Shown: in pieces, positions 42,257 to 52,105 of the stretch
Numbering within the stretch: position 1 is the first letter of the stretch
Layout: every line of letters starts with the position of its first letter
Assembly (NCBI GenBank): GCA_963815195.1
Contig: CAWFGE010000010.1
Location: forward strand, 352,001 to 416,000
Length of the DNA stretch: 64,000 nt
Origin: an uncultured Planctomycetaceae bacterium
GTDB taxonomy: Bacteria > Planctomycetota > Planctomycetia > Planctomycetales > Planctomycetaceae
Reading direction: 5' to 3'
The notes under the pieces: model-generated
What the model was told of the DNA's origin: nothing
The model's database searches: none
Seen by the model: only the letters and a program-made list of their open reading frames with translations
Translations under genes and position numbers: made by a program

Positions 42257-43406
42257 AGGCGGGCCAAAGCACGGTGAGGCGGGTTCCCTGGCCGGGCAAG
42301 GAGGCAATGCCCAGGCGACCCCGATGATTGGACACGATTCGCCAGCATTTCGGAAGCCCAAAGCCCAAACCCCGGCCCGCCTGCCGGCCGCAATAAAACG
42401 GATCGAACAGATGCGGCTCGTCCCCCGCGGCGAACGATTGGCCGTCGTCTTCGATGACGATCCGGGCCATTGCCCCGGCGGGTGTTTCGAGGTTCGCGGC
42501 CGTCAACGAAATCCGCCCGCCTTCCCCGAGCCAATCCAGGCTGTTGCGAAGCAGTTCCGTGACCACGACCGCCAATTGCGCGCGGTCCGCGAAGATCGGA
42601 ATGGACTCGCTCACGTCGCATTGAAAATTCGCCGAGCGGCTTTGCATCTCGGATTCGAGCGGCCGCGTGATCGCCGGGAGCACATCGTTCAAATCGAGCC
42701 ATTCAGGATGCGGCGCGGGCGGCCGGGCGAAGAGCATCGTGTCGCCGATCATATCCCGAATCCGCAGCGCCTGCCCGCCGATGGTCATCAACTGCCGGCG
42801 ACGTTCGGGATCGGTCTCGCTCTGAAGGAGCGCTTGGGCCCGCCCCGAAATCGTGGCGACGGGGTTGTTGATCTCATGTCCCGCCCCCGCCGCGAACTCG
42901 GCGAGAGCGTGCAACTTGTCCGAAAGCAACTTCTCGGCGAGGCGATCCTGGTTCGCCAAAATGCGGGCGCTTGCTTCTTCCAGCCACTCTAATTCCTCCG
43001 CATGCAGGTGCGTCTGATCCGCCGTCCACAACGAAACCCAGCCGGCGGGATGGTTGTCCCATTCCAACAGAATCGTCGGCTGAAGGTTCAAATCGTCCAC
43101 GGGCAATTTGGGGAGAAGTTCTTGGAGCCAGGTTTCCGGGGTTTCTCCGCCGGCTTGTTCCGCGTGAGCCAGATTGGGGAACGGCTGGCGGAGACAGGGG
43201 AAGACCATCGGCGAGGCCAAATCCCGCAGAAACACGCCGCAGGCCTTGGCGAGCGTGTCCTGGCCGATGAACACCGCGGCCGACGAGGTGAATTGCCTCC
43301 AACCGCGGCCGACGTGCCAGAGCGCGGCTTCTGTGGAAGACAGGGAGAGAGCTTCCAGCAACCACCGCGTTTGATCGAGGCGTGAATCGGCGGCGGGGTG
43401 GGTCAT
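42231..43406 (-). CDS. Sensor histidine kinase
   Basis: H-box AGAGHEINNP, ELLRNS, EDDG, FDPFY, GRGLGFGL. Confidence 0.9.
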   Translation of the reverse strand: MTHPAADSRLDQTRWLLEALSLSSTEAALWHVGRGWRQFTSSAAVFIGQDTLAKACGVFLRDLASPMVFPCLRQPFPNLAHAEQAGGETPETWLQELLPKLPVDDLNLQPTILLEWDNHPAGWVSLWTADQTHLHAEELEWLEEASARILANQDRLAEKLLSDKLHALAEFAAGAGHEINNPVATISGRAQALLQSETDPERRRQLMTIGGQALRIRDMIGDTMLFARPPAPHPEWLDLNDVLPAITRPLESEMQSRSANFQCDVSESIPIFADRAQLAVVVTELLRNSLDWLGEGGRISLTAANLETPAGAMARIVIEDDGQSFAAGDEPHLFDPFYCGRQAGRGLGFGLPKCWRIVSNHRGRLGIASLPGQGTRLTVLWPAYDFLATSP

Positions 43407-43437
43407 CCGACAACTCGATCCGTCTGAAAATGCACCG

Positions 43438-43491
43438 GCCCGAAGCGCAAAGGGAGCGCTTCGGGCGATTTCCCTCGCTTGCGGTTCGGGC
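43438..43491. repeat. REP-like palindrome (CCCGAAGCGCAA family)
   Basis: GCCCGAAGCGCAA...CCCTCGCTTGCGGTTCGGGC; same family as 44693-44751. Confidence 0.65.
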
Positions 43492-43508
43492 GGGAGCGAA
43501 GCCGGCGA

Positions 43509-44087
43509 TTACGCGGCGACGGGTTCGATGTCCAATTGCTTGCACATCCGTTCGACCAGCGTTTCCACGTCGAAGGGCTTTTGCAGAAAGTCGTTGGCCC
43601 CGGCGGATTTGAGGTCGGCGATTTTGTCCTGCTCGACCATGCCGCTGATGCAAACGATTTTGACGTCGTCCATCGCCGAGTCGCTGCGGACCCGCTGGCA
43701 GACCTCTTTGCCGTTGATGTCCGGGAGCATCACGTCCAGGACAATGATGTCGGGATGGTACTCTTTGACCATCATCCCGGCGTCAAAGCCGTTGTTGGCG
43801 ATGCGGACGTCAAACCGGCCGTCGGCTTCCAGAACGTCGCGGAGCATTTCCACGAGTTCCTCGTCGTCGTCCACGAGGAGGGCTTTTCGCTTGCCGCTTT
43901 CCAGGGCATCGGTGGGGATGCCGTTGTCCTTCATGAACTTGTAAAGGACATCGCGGGGAATGCGACGAAAGCGAGAGCCGGGGACGCGAAAGCCTTTGAG
44001 TTGTCCCGAGTCAAAACAGCGGATGATGGTTTGCTGGCTGACGTTGCAGATTTTGGCTGCTTCGCCCGTTGTGAAGACAGTCTTCAT
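43509..44087 (-). CDS. Response regulator with an N-terminal excisionase-like HTH_17 domain
   Basis: FTTGEAAKIC..SQQTIIRCFDSG, LVDDD, LDVMLPD, FLQKPF. Confidence 0.92.
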   Translation of the reverse strand: MKTVFTTGEAAKICNVSQQTIIRCFDSGQLKGFRVPGSRFRRIPRDVLYKFMKDNGIPTDALESGKRKALLVDDDEELVEMLRDVLEADGRFDVRIANNGFDAGMMVKEYHPDIIVLDVMLPDINGKEVCQRVRSDSAMDDVKIVCISGMVEQDKIADLKSAGANDFLQKPFDVETLVERMCKQLDIEPVAA

Positions 44088-44692
44088 AATCGTGATCCAT
44101 CCTTTGAATCGAGCACCCGCCTATTGCAGGTGAAAACCATAAAACCCCCAGCGATTCCAACACTGACGAGGTTTCCTCCTTGCCAACGGCTTGCCGCCAA
44201 ATCCCTGTGCGAACCGTTTTGCCAAGATTCCCTATACTGTGATTAAGAGAACCGGTCAAGAGAACTTTACCAAAGTTCTCCGATACGCCAATTGTATCTA
44301 TTCTATGAATTCGGTCAACGGCCAAACACCCCGCTAAACCGTCCAAACCCCGAAGTTTGCGTATTCTCTGTCATTTTTACAACGGATTGCAACCTTGACA
44401 TCCGGGCTGCCGTTTTTCCGCAAATGCAACGATTTCAAGGATTTGCAAACTCAAACTCTCCGAAAATCGGCTGGCGTTTGTAATTCTGGGGAATTTAGAC
44501 AAAATTGCGGACGGGCTTGGGGGCAAATCGGAGGTTTTGTCACACCCGGCCGAATGGACAGTGCCAATTCTTCCGGAGGGGAATATGGAACTTGTGCGAA
44601 AATCCGTCTCGGAGGCTGATTCCTGCGACGCAAGATGTCGCTTCCGATCGATCTCGGCGACGGGAAGCCGCCGCTGCGGAAGAGGCCCTAAT

Positions 44693-44751
44693 TAGCCCGA
44701 AGCGCAAGCGAGGGATTTTCGGAAATGCGGCCCGTTGCTTGCGCTTCGGGC
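44693..44751. repeat. REP-like palindrome (CCCGAAGCGCAA family)
   Basis: TAGCCCGAAGCGCAAGCGAGGG...GCTTGCGCTTCGGGC. Confidence 0.7.
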
Positions 44752-44776
44752 GAGGGAGGCGTTCACAGGACAGAGG

Positions 44777-45250
44777 CTAACCGACGGTGGGCAGGATCAT
44801 GTCCTCGCGCCAGAACCGGCTGAGGTCTTTGACCAGTTTGAGAAATTTCGGCAGATCGACCGGCTTGGTCATGTAGCTTTCGACTTCGAGCTTCTCGGTG
44901 GCCGCGATGTCTTCCTGATCGGTGGACGCCGTGAGAATCACCACAGGAATCGACTTAAGCTCCTCATCCTGCTTGATTTCCTTGAGCACCTCCCGGCCGT
45001 CTTTTTTGGGAAGGCCCAAATCGAGCAGGATCAGATCGGGATGCGGAGCGACCGCGAACTTGCCCCGGCGGTACAAAAACTCGAGCGCTTCCTCGCCGTC
45101 ACTCAGCCACGTGAGACGGTGCAGAATGTTCCCCCGTTTCAGCGCTCCGATGGTCAGGCGGGCGGCGGGCAGGCTGTCCTCCACCAACAGAATCTCCATC
45201 GGGCGGCCGACGGTGTTCTCGCTGCGGGATTGATGCGATGCAAAAGACAA
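44777..45250 (-). CDS. Single-domain response regulator (Rcp1-like)
   Basis: ILLVEDS, PDLILLDLGLPKKDG, IPVVILTAS, YMTKP; start uncertain. Confidence 0.9.
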   Translation of the reverse strand: MSFASHQSRSENTVGRPMEILLVEDSLPAARLTIGALKRGNILHRLTWLSDGEEALEFLYRRGKFAVAPHPDLILLDLGLPKKDGREVLKEIKQDEELKSIPVVILTASTDQEDIAATEKLEVESYMTKPVDLPKFLKLVKDLSRFWREDMILPTVG

Positions 45251-45381
45251 GTGAACAAGACCTTGTTCTTAAACGGCAGCATGCCCCTCCTGGGAATCAC
45301 GAAAGCTTAAACTTCCTTTTAGGAATTGTACCGTCGGCATCAGGTGTTGCCAGGGAAAAAATCGCCGAGATGCCGAGACTT

Positions 45382-47049
45382 TTACGAGTCGTTCTGGAGC
45401 CGGCGAGCGGCCTGCTCGTTTTCCAAAGCCGGCAACGGCTCGACGGATTGGCCTTCCAGACGGGCCCGGGACCTTTGGACCTGGAATTCGTAGGCCGGAT
45501 CGTTGCCATAGAGATTGCTGATCTTCCGCCAGATGCCTTGGGCTTTCACCAACTCGTCTTTGAGGAAGCAGTCCTCCGCTTCGTAGAGTTTTTGATTGAC
45601 GTAGTCCGCCGAGGTCAGTTCCCGGCCGGCCTTTTTTCTCGCGAGCTGCACCTTGAGATATTGCCGCTTCGCCAACAGATAAAACGGCCGGTCGTCGGGG
45701 CGGGATTCGAGGCTGTCCATCATCAGCCGGTATTTTTTATCCGCCAGCGCCAGGTCGCCGAACGCTTCGTAGGCGAGCCCATCGCGGTATTGCCCCTCGG
45801 CCTCGGTTTTGGGTTTCAGATTCCGCTCCATGCGGTTTTTTGTTTGCCGTTCCGCGAGGTCCGTCTCGATCTTGTCGATCCACTCCGCGACTTCCACATG
45901 ATATTTGCCGTCGGGAAATCGGTTCTGCAGCTGTTCGATGTAGTCTTCGCGGGCGGTCCGCCAGTTGTCGATGTCGTCGGTCTGCATCAATTCCTTGGCC
46001 CGGGCGTAGAGTTGGTCTTCGCTCGGCGGCCACACCGCCCAGGTCACCACGCCGATCAAGAGCACCAGGCACGCGCTCAAAAACCACACCTGCTCGTAAA
46101 ACGGGCCGGCTTTCTTTTTTTTCTTTTTCTTTTTGCCCAGGGCCTTTTGCAGTTCGGGCGTGCCCGCCGCCGAGACGGTCCGGTTCTGGCCGCCTTCGAG
46201 GGTCTGCTTGGCGACGCTTTGCTGCTTGGTGACTTTTTCCAGCACATCGTCCAGCGCCATCTGCACGGCGAGGGCGTCGAAATAGCGGTTTTCCGGGTCT
46301 TTTTCCAAGAGCTTCATCACGACCGATTCCAGCCACACCGGGCAATCGATCGCTTCGGACGAAATCCGCGGGGGTTCGTTCTTCAAATGCTGATGGAGCA
46401 TATCCACCATTGTGTCCGCCTGAAACGGCGTGCGGCCCGTCAAGAGTTCGTACATCACGCAGCCCAAGGCGTACAAATCCGTCTTGCGGGTGATGGGCAA
46501 CGTGCCGGTGATCTGTTCGGGAGCCATGTAGGCGTAGGTCCCGACCGTGCTGCCCGCGGCCGTGAGGGCGGTCGCCTGGGTATCGCGGGCGATCCCGAAA
46601 TCGCCGATCTTCAAATACCCCTTCTTGGAGAGAAACAAATTCGCGGGCTTCAAGTCGCGGTGGATAATTCCCGCGTTGTGAGCGTGTTCGAGGGCTTTGC
46701 AAACGTGGCGGGCGCAGTCGATGGTCTGCTCCCAAGACAGCCGGCCTTTCCGCTTGAGCCAGTCTTCGAGCGAGCCGCCGTCCATAATCTCCATCGCATA
46801 CAGCGGTTGCCCTTTGATCGTGCCTCCCCAGTAATATTGGACGATATGCTTGTGCCGGAGCTTTTGCAGAATCTCCATTTCCCGTTCGAAGCGCGAGTGG
46901 ACTTTTTTGTCCATCGCCAGCGCCGGGGTGAGGACTTTGAGCGCAACCTTTTGCCCCGTCTTGAGGTAGGTGGCGAGGTACACAATGCCCATGCCGCCCA
47001 CGCCCAATTGTTTTTCAATCTCGAACGGACCGATTCGCCGTTTGGCCAT
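45382..47049 (-). CDS. Transmembrane Ser/Thr protein kinase (Hanks type)
   Basis: GVGGMG, VALK, HRDLKPAN, DFG, YMAPE, poly-Lys plus TM, helical extracytoplasmic domain. Confidence 0.93.
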   Translation of the reverse strand: MAKRRIGPFEIEKQLGVGGMGIVYLATYLKTGQKVALKVLTPALAMDKKVHSRFEREMEILQKLRHKHIVQYYWGGTIKGQPLYAMEIMDGGSLEDWLKRKGRLSWEQTIDCARHVCKALEHAHNAGIIHRDLKPANLFLSKKGYLKIGDFGIARDTQATALTAAGSTVGTYAYMAPEQITGTLPITRKTDLYALGCVMYELLTGRTPFQADTMVDMLHQHLKNEPPRISSEAIDCPVWLESVVMKLLEKDPENRYFDALAVQMALDDVLEKVTKQQSVAKQTLEGGQNRTVSAAGTPELQKALGKKKKKKKKAGPFYEQVWFLSACLVLLIGVVTWAVWPPSEDQLYARAKELMQTDDIDNWRTAREDYIEQLQNRFPDGKYHVEVAEWIDKIETDLAERQTKNRMERNLKPKTEAEGQYRDGLAYEAFGDLALADKKYRLMMDSLESRPDDRPFYLLAKRQYLKVQLARKKAGRELTSADYVNQKLYEAEDCFLKDELVKAQGIWRKISNLYGNDPAYEFQVQRSRARLEGQSVEPLPALENEQAARRLQNDS

Positions 47050-47333
47050 CGGCGGACTCCGACTTTGCGTCTATCGTTTCGGGGGAAAAGTTCCGCAGAA
47101 AACGCGGGATCAGGTTGGAAGGAAACCGCACCAGCGCGAACGGTTCACGATTTCCCATCCATTCTGACGGATGCCGCGCCGGAGTTCAACGCAGACTTCG
47201 TTGGGGGCCACGGGTTGCGGCCGCGTGGTTCCCTGGCCCGGGCGGCGGATGGTGTCAATTGCCGGTCGATTGCTGTAAAGTGGAATCATCTCACTCTTTT
47301 CCATGTTGAACGAATTTCTGCGAGGAGCGACCG

Positions 47334-48632
47334 ATGCCCAACATCCTCAATCGCCGCGATATGTTGAAAGCCGCCACCGTGATGGGGGCGGGGCTTTATT
47401 TGGGAACGAATGCCGAATCCGCAAGAGCGGCCGATTCGCCGAACGAGAAGCTGAACGTGGCGCAGATTGGGATTGGCGGCCAAGGCGGTTTCAATCTGAA
47501 CGGCGTGAAGGGGGAAAACATCGTCGCTCTTTGCGATGTGGACGATCAGCGGGCCGGCAAAGCCTACGAGCGATTTCCCCAAGCGAAAAAGTTCTACGAC
47601 TATCGGCAGATGTTCGATGCGATGGAAAAACAAATCGACGCCGTCGTCGTCGCCACGCCGGACCATTCGCATTTTTATCCCTCGATGATGGCCTTGGAGC
47701 GAGGCAAACATTTGTACTGCGAAAAACCGATGGCCCATTCGGTCGATCAAGTCCGCCGGATGACGGACCTCGCCAAAAAGCAAAACGTGGCCACCCAACT
47801 CGGCGTGCAGCGGCACACAATTGACAATATGCACCGCGTGGTCGAACTGATCAAAGCCGGGGCCATCGGGGATGTCACCGAGGTGCATTCCTGGATCGGC
47901 GGCAGCCGGGGCATGCCCGAATTGCCCAAGGGCAAAGAAGAGGTCCCCGCGAATTTGAAGTGGGACCTCTGGCTCGGCCAGGCCGAAGACCGGCCCTATC
48001 ACAAAACCTATTGCCCCTACGGCTGGCGGTTTTGGTGGGACTTCGGCACCGGCGAGATGGGCAACTGGGGCTGCCATATTCTGGACATTCCCTTCTGGGT
48101 GCTCGATCTCAAATACCCCACGCGCGTCGATGCGTCCGGCCCCGAAGTGGACGACCGCCGCACTCCCAAACAGATGGCGACGCACTTCGAGTTCCCCGCC
48201 CAAGGCAAACGGCCGGCCGTCAAACTGCATTGGTATCACGCGAGCAAAGGCCCCGACATCCTGCGGGAGAAAGGCTTAAGCGACAAGGGAGCCAACAACC
48301 TGTTCCTCGGCACAGAGGGCATGCTCTTGTGCGGATTCGGCATGCGAAAACTCCTGCCGGAAGACAAGTTCGCCGACGACAAAGCCCCGGACCAATCGAT
48401 CCCCAAGTCCCCCGGCTTCCACCAGGAATGGATCAAAGCGGCGAAAGGCGGCGAACCGGCGACCTGCCGATTCGATTACTCCGGCCCTTTGAGCGAAACC
48501 GTCCTCCTGGGCAACGCTGCCTACCGCGCGGGCGGCGGGTTCGATTGGAACGCCCCAGAACTCCAAGTCCACGGGAACCCCAAGGCCGAGAACTATCTGC
48601 ATTCCCACGTCCGCAAAGGCTGGGAGATTTGA
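47334..48632 (+). CDS. Tat-exported Gfo/Idh/MocA oxidoreductase
   Basis: NRRDML, IGIGGQG, ATPDHSH, YCEKP, GNWGCHILD. Confidence 0.93.
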   Translation: MPNILNRRDMLKAATVMGAGLYLGTNAESARAADSPNEKLNVAQIGIGGQGGFNLNGVKGENIVALCDVDDQRAGKAYERFPQAKKFYDYRQMFDAMEKQIDAVVVATPDHSHFYPSMMALERGKHLYCEKPMAHSVDQVRRMTDLAKKQNVATQLGVQRHTIDNMHRVVELIKAGAIGDVTEVHSWIGGSRGMPELPKGKEEVPANLKWDLWLGQAEDRPYHKTYCPYGWRFWWDFGTGEMGNWGCHILDIPFWVLDLKYPTRVDASGPEVDDRRTPKQMATHFEFPAQGKRPAVKLHWYHASKGPDILREKGLSDKGANNLFLGTEGMLLCGFGMRKLLPEDKFADDKAPDQSIPKSPGFHQEWIKAAKGGEPATCRFDYSGPLSETVLLGNAAYRAGGGFDWNAPELQVHGNPKAENYLHSHVRKGWEI

Positions 48633-48656
48633 AAACGAATTCGCCAATTAGTAAAT

Positions 48657-49611
48657 TCAGGCATCCTTCAGGATAGCATTGAGATGTTGTTGCAGATTTC
48701 TCTCAACATTCTTTTTGCCACCGATGCTATCATCATAGAAAATGGCACGGTAACCGCGCACGTCAAATGGCATCTTCGCCCCTTCTTCTCGACGCACGAG
48801 CAGGACGGCCGGTTTTTTCAATGCGTGAGCATATCCTAGTTCATAGAATACGTTGGGATTGTGGAGGCTAATTTCCGCAACCACAGCATGGGCCTGTTCA
48901 ATCTGTTGTTGGATGTCGTCAAGAATAATCCCTGGACCGGGAATCTCGTCGACTCGGATAATCTCGAATCCCGCATTTTCCGCGACTGGTGATATGACTT
49001 CGCGATAGAGCGTCTCAAATGGTTCGGAGAAAGGCATGATTACAAAAATGCGAGGCGCTATTCCCGTGACCGTGGTCTCCAAGAATTGGATTTCGGCATC
49101 ATCCCAAGCATAGAGTCCCGTGCCCGTGCCTTCTATCGGACGGTGCAACACAACGTCCAAGACATCGACATCGTCCACAGTCATTCGGACCGTTTGACCG
49201 TTCACATCGATAGTCAGTGTGTGTTCTTCGTGGACATTAATATTTGAAAGGCGACCAACTCCAGCGCAGCATCCAGCCTAGTCCTGGGCGGTATTCACTA
49301 ATCGAATAAGCATTGTCGAATCCGCCAATTTGCGCGGAGAGATATGGGGAATCCAGAGACTGGTATCCAAATACAATCCCTGCGGAGGTACGCTCGTTAC
49401 GAGTGAGTTTCAGTCGCGTCGTTATTTGCCCATCCCGAAATCGGATTGAGCCAATGGCAAGCCCTAAAGGTGGTGGCGATTGAGGATCGTCTGGACCATC
49501 ATACTTTGCGACAGGCCCTTCGAACGTCCAACGCCCGGCAATGGCAGCCCATTTTTTAATGCAGATAGGTGTTGGAGATTTAGCAGATGCATTGTCCAAA
49601 ACAGTAGCCAT
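48657..49611 (-). CDS. Beta-sandwich domain fused to a nucleoside 2-deoxyribosyltransferase-like domain; frameshift near 49265 joins ORFs 49237..49617 and 48657..49205
   Basis: The second frame is open upstream of its called start (AGVGRLSNINVHEEHTLTIDVNGQ). The C-domain reads FVIMPF...AHAVVAEIS..NPNVFYELGYAHALKKP...PFDVRGYR. Confidence 0.75.
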
Positions 49612-49728
49612 TGACACTGCCTAAATGAAGAATTTCGAAACAATTCGGTTATAAGATACCACGCAAAAGGTTCTATTGTCAACTAAGTGTTCAAATATTT
49701 AATTGGGCCGGCTTGAGTTGCCTTGTCA

Positions 49729-49988
49729 TTATGCCCCCTGTAGTACGCGCACAGAGGCTCGAACCGTCCCTGCGTAACCGCCCAGGTCCACGACCAGATG
49801 CCAATGGCCCGGACGAAGTGCGGGTATCTGAACCAACGGAAGATGCCCGTAGCCGCCGTGATACCAGTGCGCTTTTCCTGTGCTGTAAGGCGTATCGCTC
49901 GTGTCGTCAAGCCAGTTGGGCGAGTTGTCGAGGTTCACTTCAACAAGTCGTTGGCCGACAAATCGAATTCGTAGTGCAGGTAATTCAT
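49729..49988 (-). CDS. DUF1883 domain protein (frameshift near 49945, possibly decaying)
   Basis: ATG 49988 gives MNYLHYEFDLSAND; the sequence then continues in the other frame as VEVNLD...HGGY...GHWHLVVDLGGYAGTVRASVRVL. Confidence 0.72.
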
Positions 49989-50101
49989 TCGGAAGCCGGT
50001 TTTCATTGGGGTCTGAAACCAACCATCGGTTTTGGAAAACGGGATCGGCCAATTCGCAGGATACGCCTCAACGGAATTATCCGTCAGCGACGACATGTAC
50101 A

Positions 50102-51832
50102 CTACTTTGAGTCCGACGGCTTATTCTCTCCAGTTTCTAAAGGCTCCAGCGTGATCTCGGTGAATTGAAATACCGCCGGATGTTGGCCGCCGATTTTCAG
50201 TGGATCAAGAGACTGTGAAGGCATCCGGTGCAGTTTGGAAAAATCGCCGGACCAGGAATAAATCTCTTGATCGTTCGCCGTCACGCGCAAGCGGTCCTTT
50301 CGCACCCAAAACGCCAAATCGACCGCCAACTGCGGCGTTAAAACACCGCCAAACCGCTTCGGCAAGTCGGGATTGATCCCGGCAAACATTCCCTCGTATT
50401 TCGGCAACGTGGCGTCGATGAAAAAATTAAACCGCGAGCTTCCCGAAGCCAATCCCACCAGCAATGCACCCGGTTGGCGCACGAATCGCTCCACGCGCAT
50501 TCTCAAGCAATAGCTTTCGGGGAGGGGAGATGACAGAGGGATGGGCATTCCGAAAGAGCGGGCATCCTTCTGCGGCTGTAATCCGATAATCGCGTCGCCT
50601 ACTCTTCGCCAGTTTCCGTATTCGGATTGAGAAGCGTTAAGATTCGCCATCAAATCGATGCGATGGGGCTTTGCATCCGGCTTGCCCGCTTTCTCTAAAC
50701 CCGACGGATCGGCGGTTTTTGAGACTTTGGCATCTTGAGATCCTCCCGTGCCGGAGTCTTGAGGAAAGTGATTTATCGCGAACCAAAGCCCCAATCCGCC
50801 CACGACCAATAGGACGGCCAAGCCCATCCAAAGGGGTTTCCCCAAGCGGAGGGATGGTGACGGCGTCGTTTCCTCATCCGGCGAATAGGGGATCGTCTCG
50901 GCGAACGCGGCGGAATCGGATTGGGAATTCTCTCGCCAATCGGTCTCCAGTTTGCGGAGCGATGTTACGACGGCATCCGCGGAAACGGGGCGGTCTTCCC
51001 GCGACTTTTTTAATAGTTTGTCAATAAAACTTGATAACGATTCGGGAACGGCCGGATTGACCACGCGAGGCGAAAGTTGTTGTTCCGAAGTAATCGCCGC
51101 GATCACGCCGAAGATGCCCTCGGCTTGAAACGGCAATCGCCCCGTCACCATCCGATACAACACGCAGCCGAAGCTGAACAGATCCGACCGCTCGTCGACG
51201 GGCTCGCCGCGGGCTTGCTCCGGCGACATGTAAGCCGGCGTGCCCAGCAAGGCGCCGTCCTGAGTCAGTTTCGTTAAGTTTCCGGCAGCATGGTAAGCCA
51301 AACCGAAGTCGAGGATCTTGATCCGCCCGTTCGAGCCAATCCAAATGTTCGCGGGTTTGATGTCGCGATGGATGACTCCCGCCGCGTGTGCCGCGGCGAG
51401 GCCCCGCGCGATTTGTTTTCCAATGGAAAACGTCTGCGCCACATTGGCCCGCCGATCGGGCCTGAGCCATTCTTCGAGCGACTTGCCTTCCAAATGTTCC
51501 ATCGCAAGGAACGGCGTGCCCTGGTCCTCGCCGACTTGATAAATCGTGACGATGTTTTCGTGTTTGAGCGCGGCCGCCGCGCGGGCCTCGCGGAAAAAGC
51601 GCACCCGCGCTTCATCGTCCTCGGCAAAATTCTGGTTGAGCGTTTTCAGAGCCACCGTGCGATTGAGTTGCTCGTCCGTCGCCAGATAAACGCAGCCCAT
51701 GCCGCCTCGGCCCAGCATGCGTTTGATGCGATAGGGCCCCAGCATCTCCGGCGAAGCCCCCGCGGAATGTTCCGTGGCCATCTCGCCTGATGAGTTGGGC
51801 GAAGGCGGTTTCAAATCGAAATCCGACGACAC
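50102..51832 (-). CDS. Transmembrane Ser/Thr protein kinase, copy B
   Basis: GRGGMG, HRDIKPAN, DFG, GTPAYMSPE, TM, beta-rich C-domain; GTG start aligned to copy A. Confidence 0.92.
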   Translation of the reverse strand: MSSDFDLKPPSPNSSGEMATEHSAGASPEMLGPYRIKRMLGRGGMGCVYLATDEQLNRTVALKTLNQNFAEDDEARVRFFREARAAAALKHENIVTIYQVGEDQGTPFLAMEHLEGKSLEEWLRPDRRANVAQTFSIGKQIARGLAAAHAAGVIHRDIKPANIWIGSNGRIKILDFGLAYHAAGNLTKLTQDGALLGTPAYMSPEQARGEPVDERSDLFSFGCVLYRMVTGRLPFQAEGIFGVIAAITSEQQLSPRVVNPAVPESLSSFIDKLLKKSREDRPVSADAVVTSLRKLETDWRENSQSDSAAFAETIPYSPDEETTPSPSLRLGKPLWMGLAVLLVVGGLGLWFAINHFPQDSGTGGSQDAKVSKTADPSGLEKAGKPDAKPHRIDLMANLNASQSEYGNWRRVGDAIIGLQPQKDARSFGMPIPLSSPLPESYCLRMRVERFVRQPGALLVGLASGSSRFNFFIDATLPKYEGMFAGINPDLPKRFGGVLTPQLAVDLAFWVRKDRLRVTANDQEIYSWSGDFSKLHRMPSQSLDPLKIGGQHPAVFQFTEITLEPLETGENKPSDSK

Positions 51833-51882
51833 GGGACGATCCTTAAAAAGACGTGAAGGAGTTGCAACCGAGAACGGATATC

Positions 51883-52017
51883 TCAACGTTCACAGCATTC
51901 TGCGATATAAAGCGAATAGTTCGTGTCGTCAAGCAGGCGAACATTGGCCGAGTTGTCGAGGCTCACCTCAACAATGTCATCCGCAGATAAATCCAATTCA
52001 TAATGCACGTAATTCAT
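51883..52017 (-). pseudogene. Truncated DUF1883 copy (N-terminal half)
   Basis: Read manually: MNYVHYELDLSADDIVEVSLDNSANVRLLDDTNYSLYIAECCER*, clearly homologous to 49729-49988. Confidence 0.75.
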
Positions 52018-52105
52018 CGGCGTGCCTTTCACTCGGTTTGTATTTCGAACCGGGATTCTGCTTCTGTTTTAGCTGTGTCTTGTCATCACACCAATAGTTT
52101 GTGCA

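Noticed and set aside
43509..44087. Excisionase-like HTH as a sign of a prophage or ICE
   Set aside because: It is fused to a receiver domain next to a histidine kinase, and no integrase or phage genes are nearby.
44205..44226. Sigma54 promoter (minus strand TTGGCAAAACGGTTCGC)
   Set aside because: GG-to-GC spacing is 11 nt rather than the required 10.
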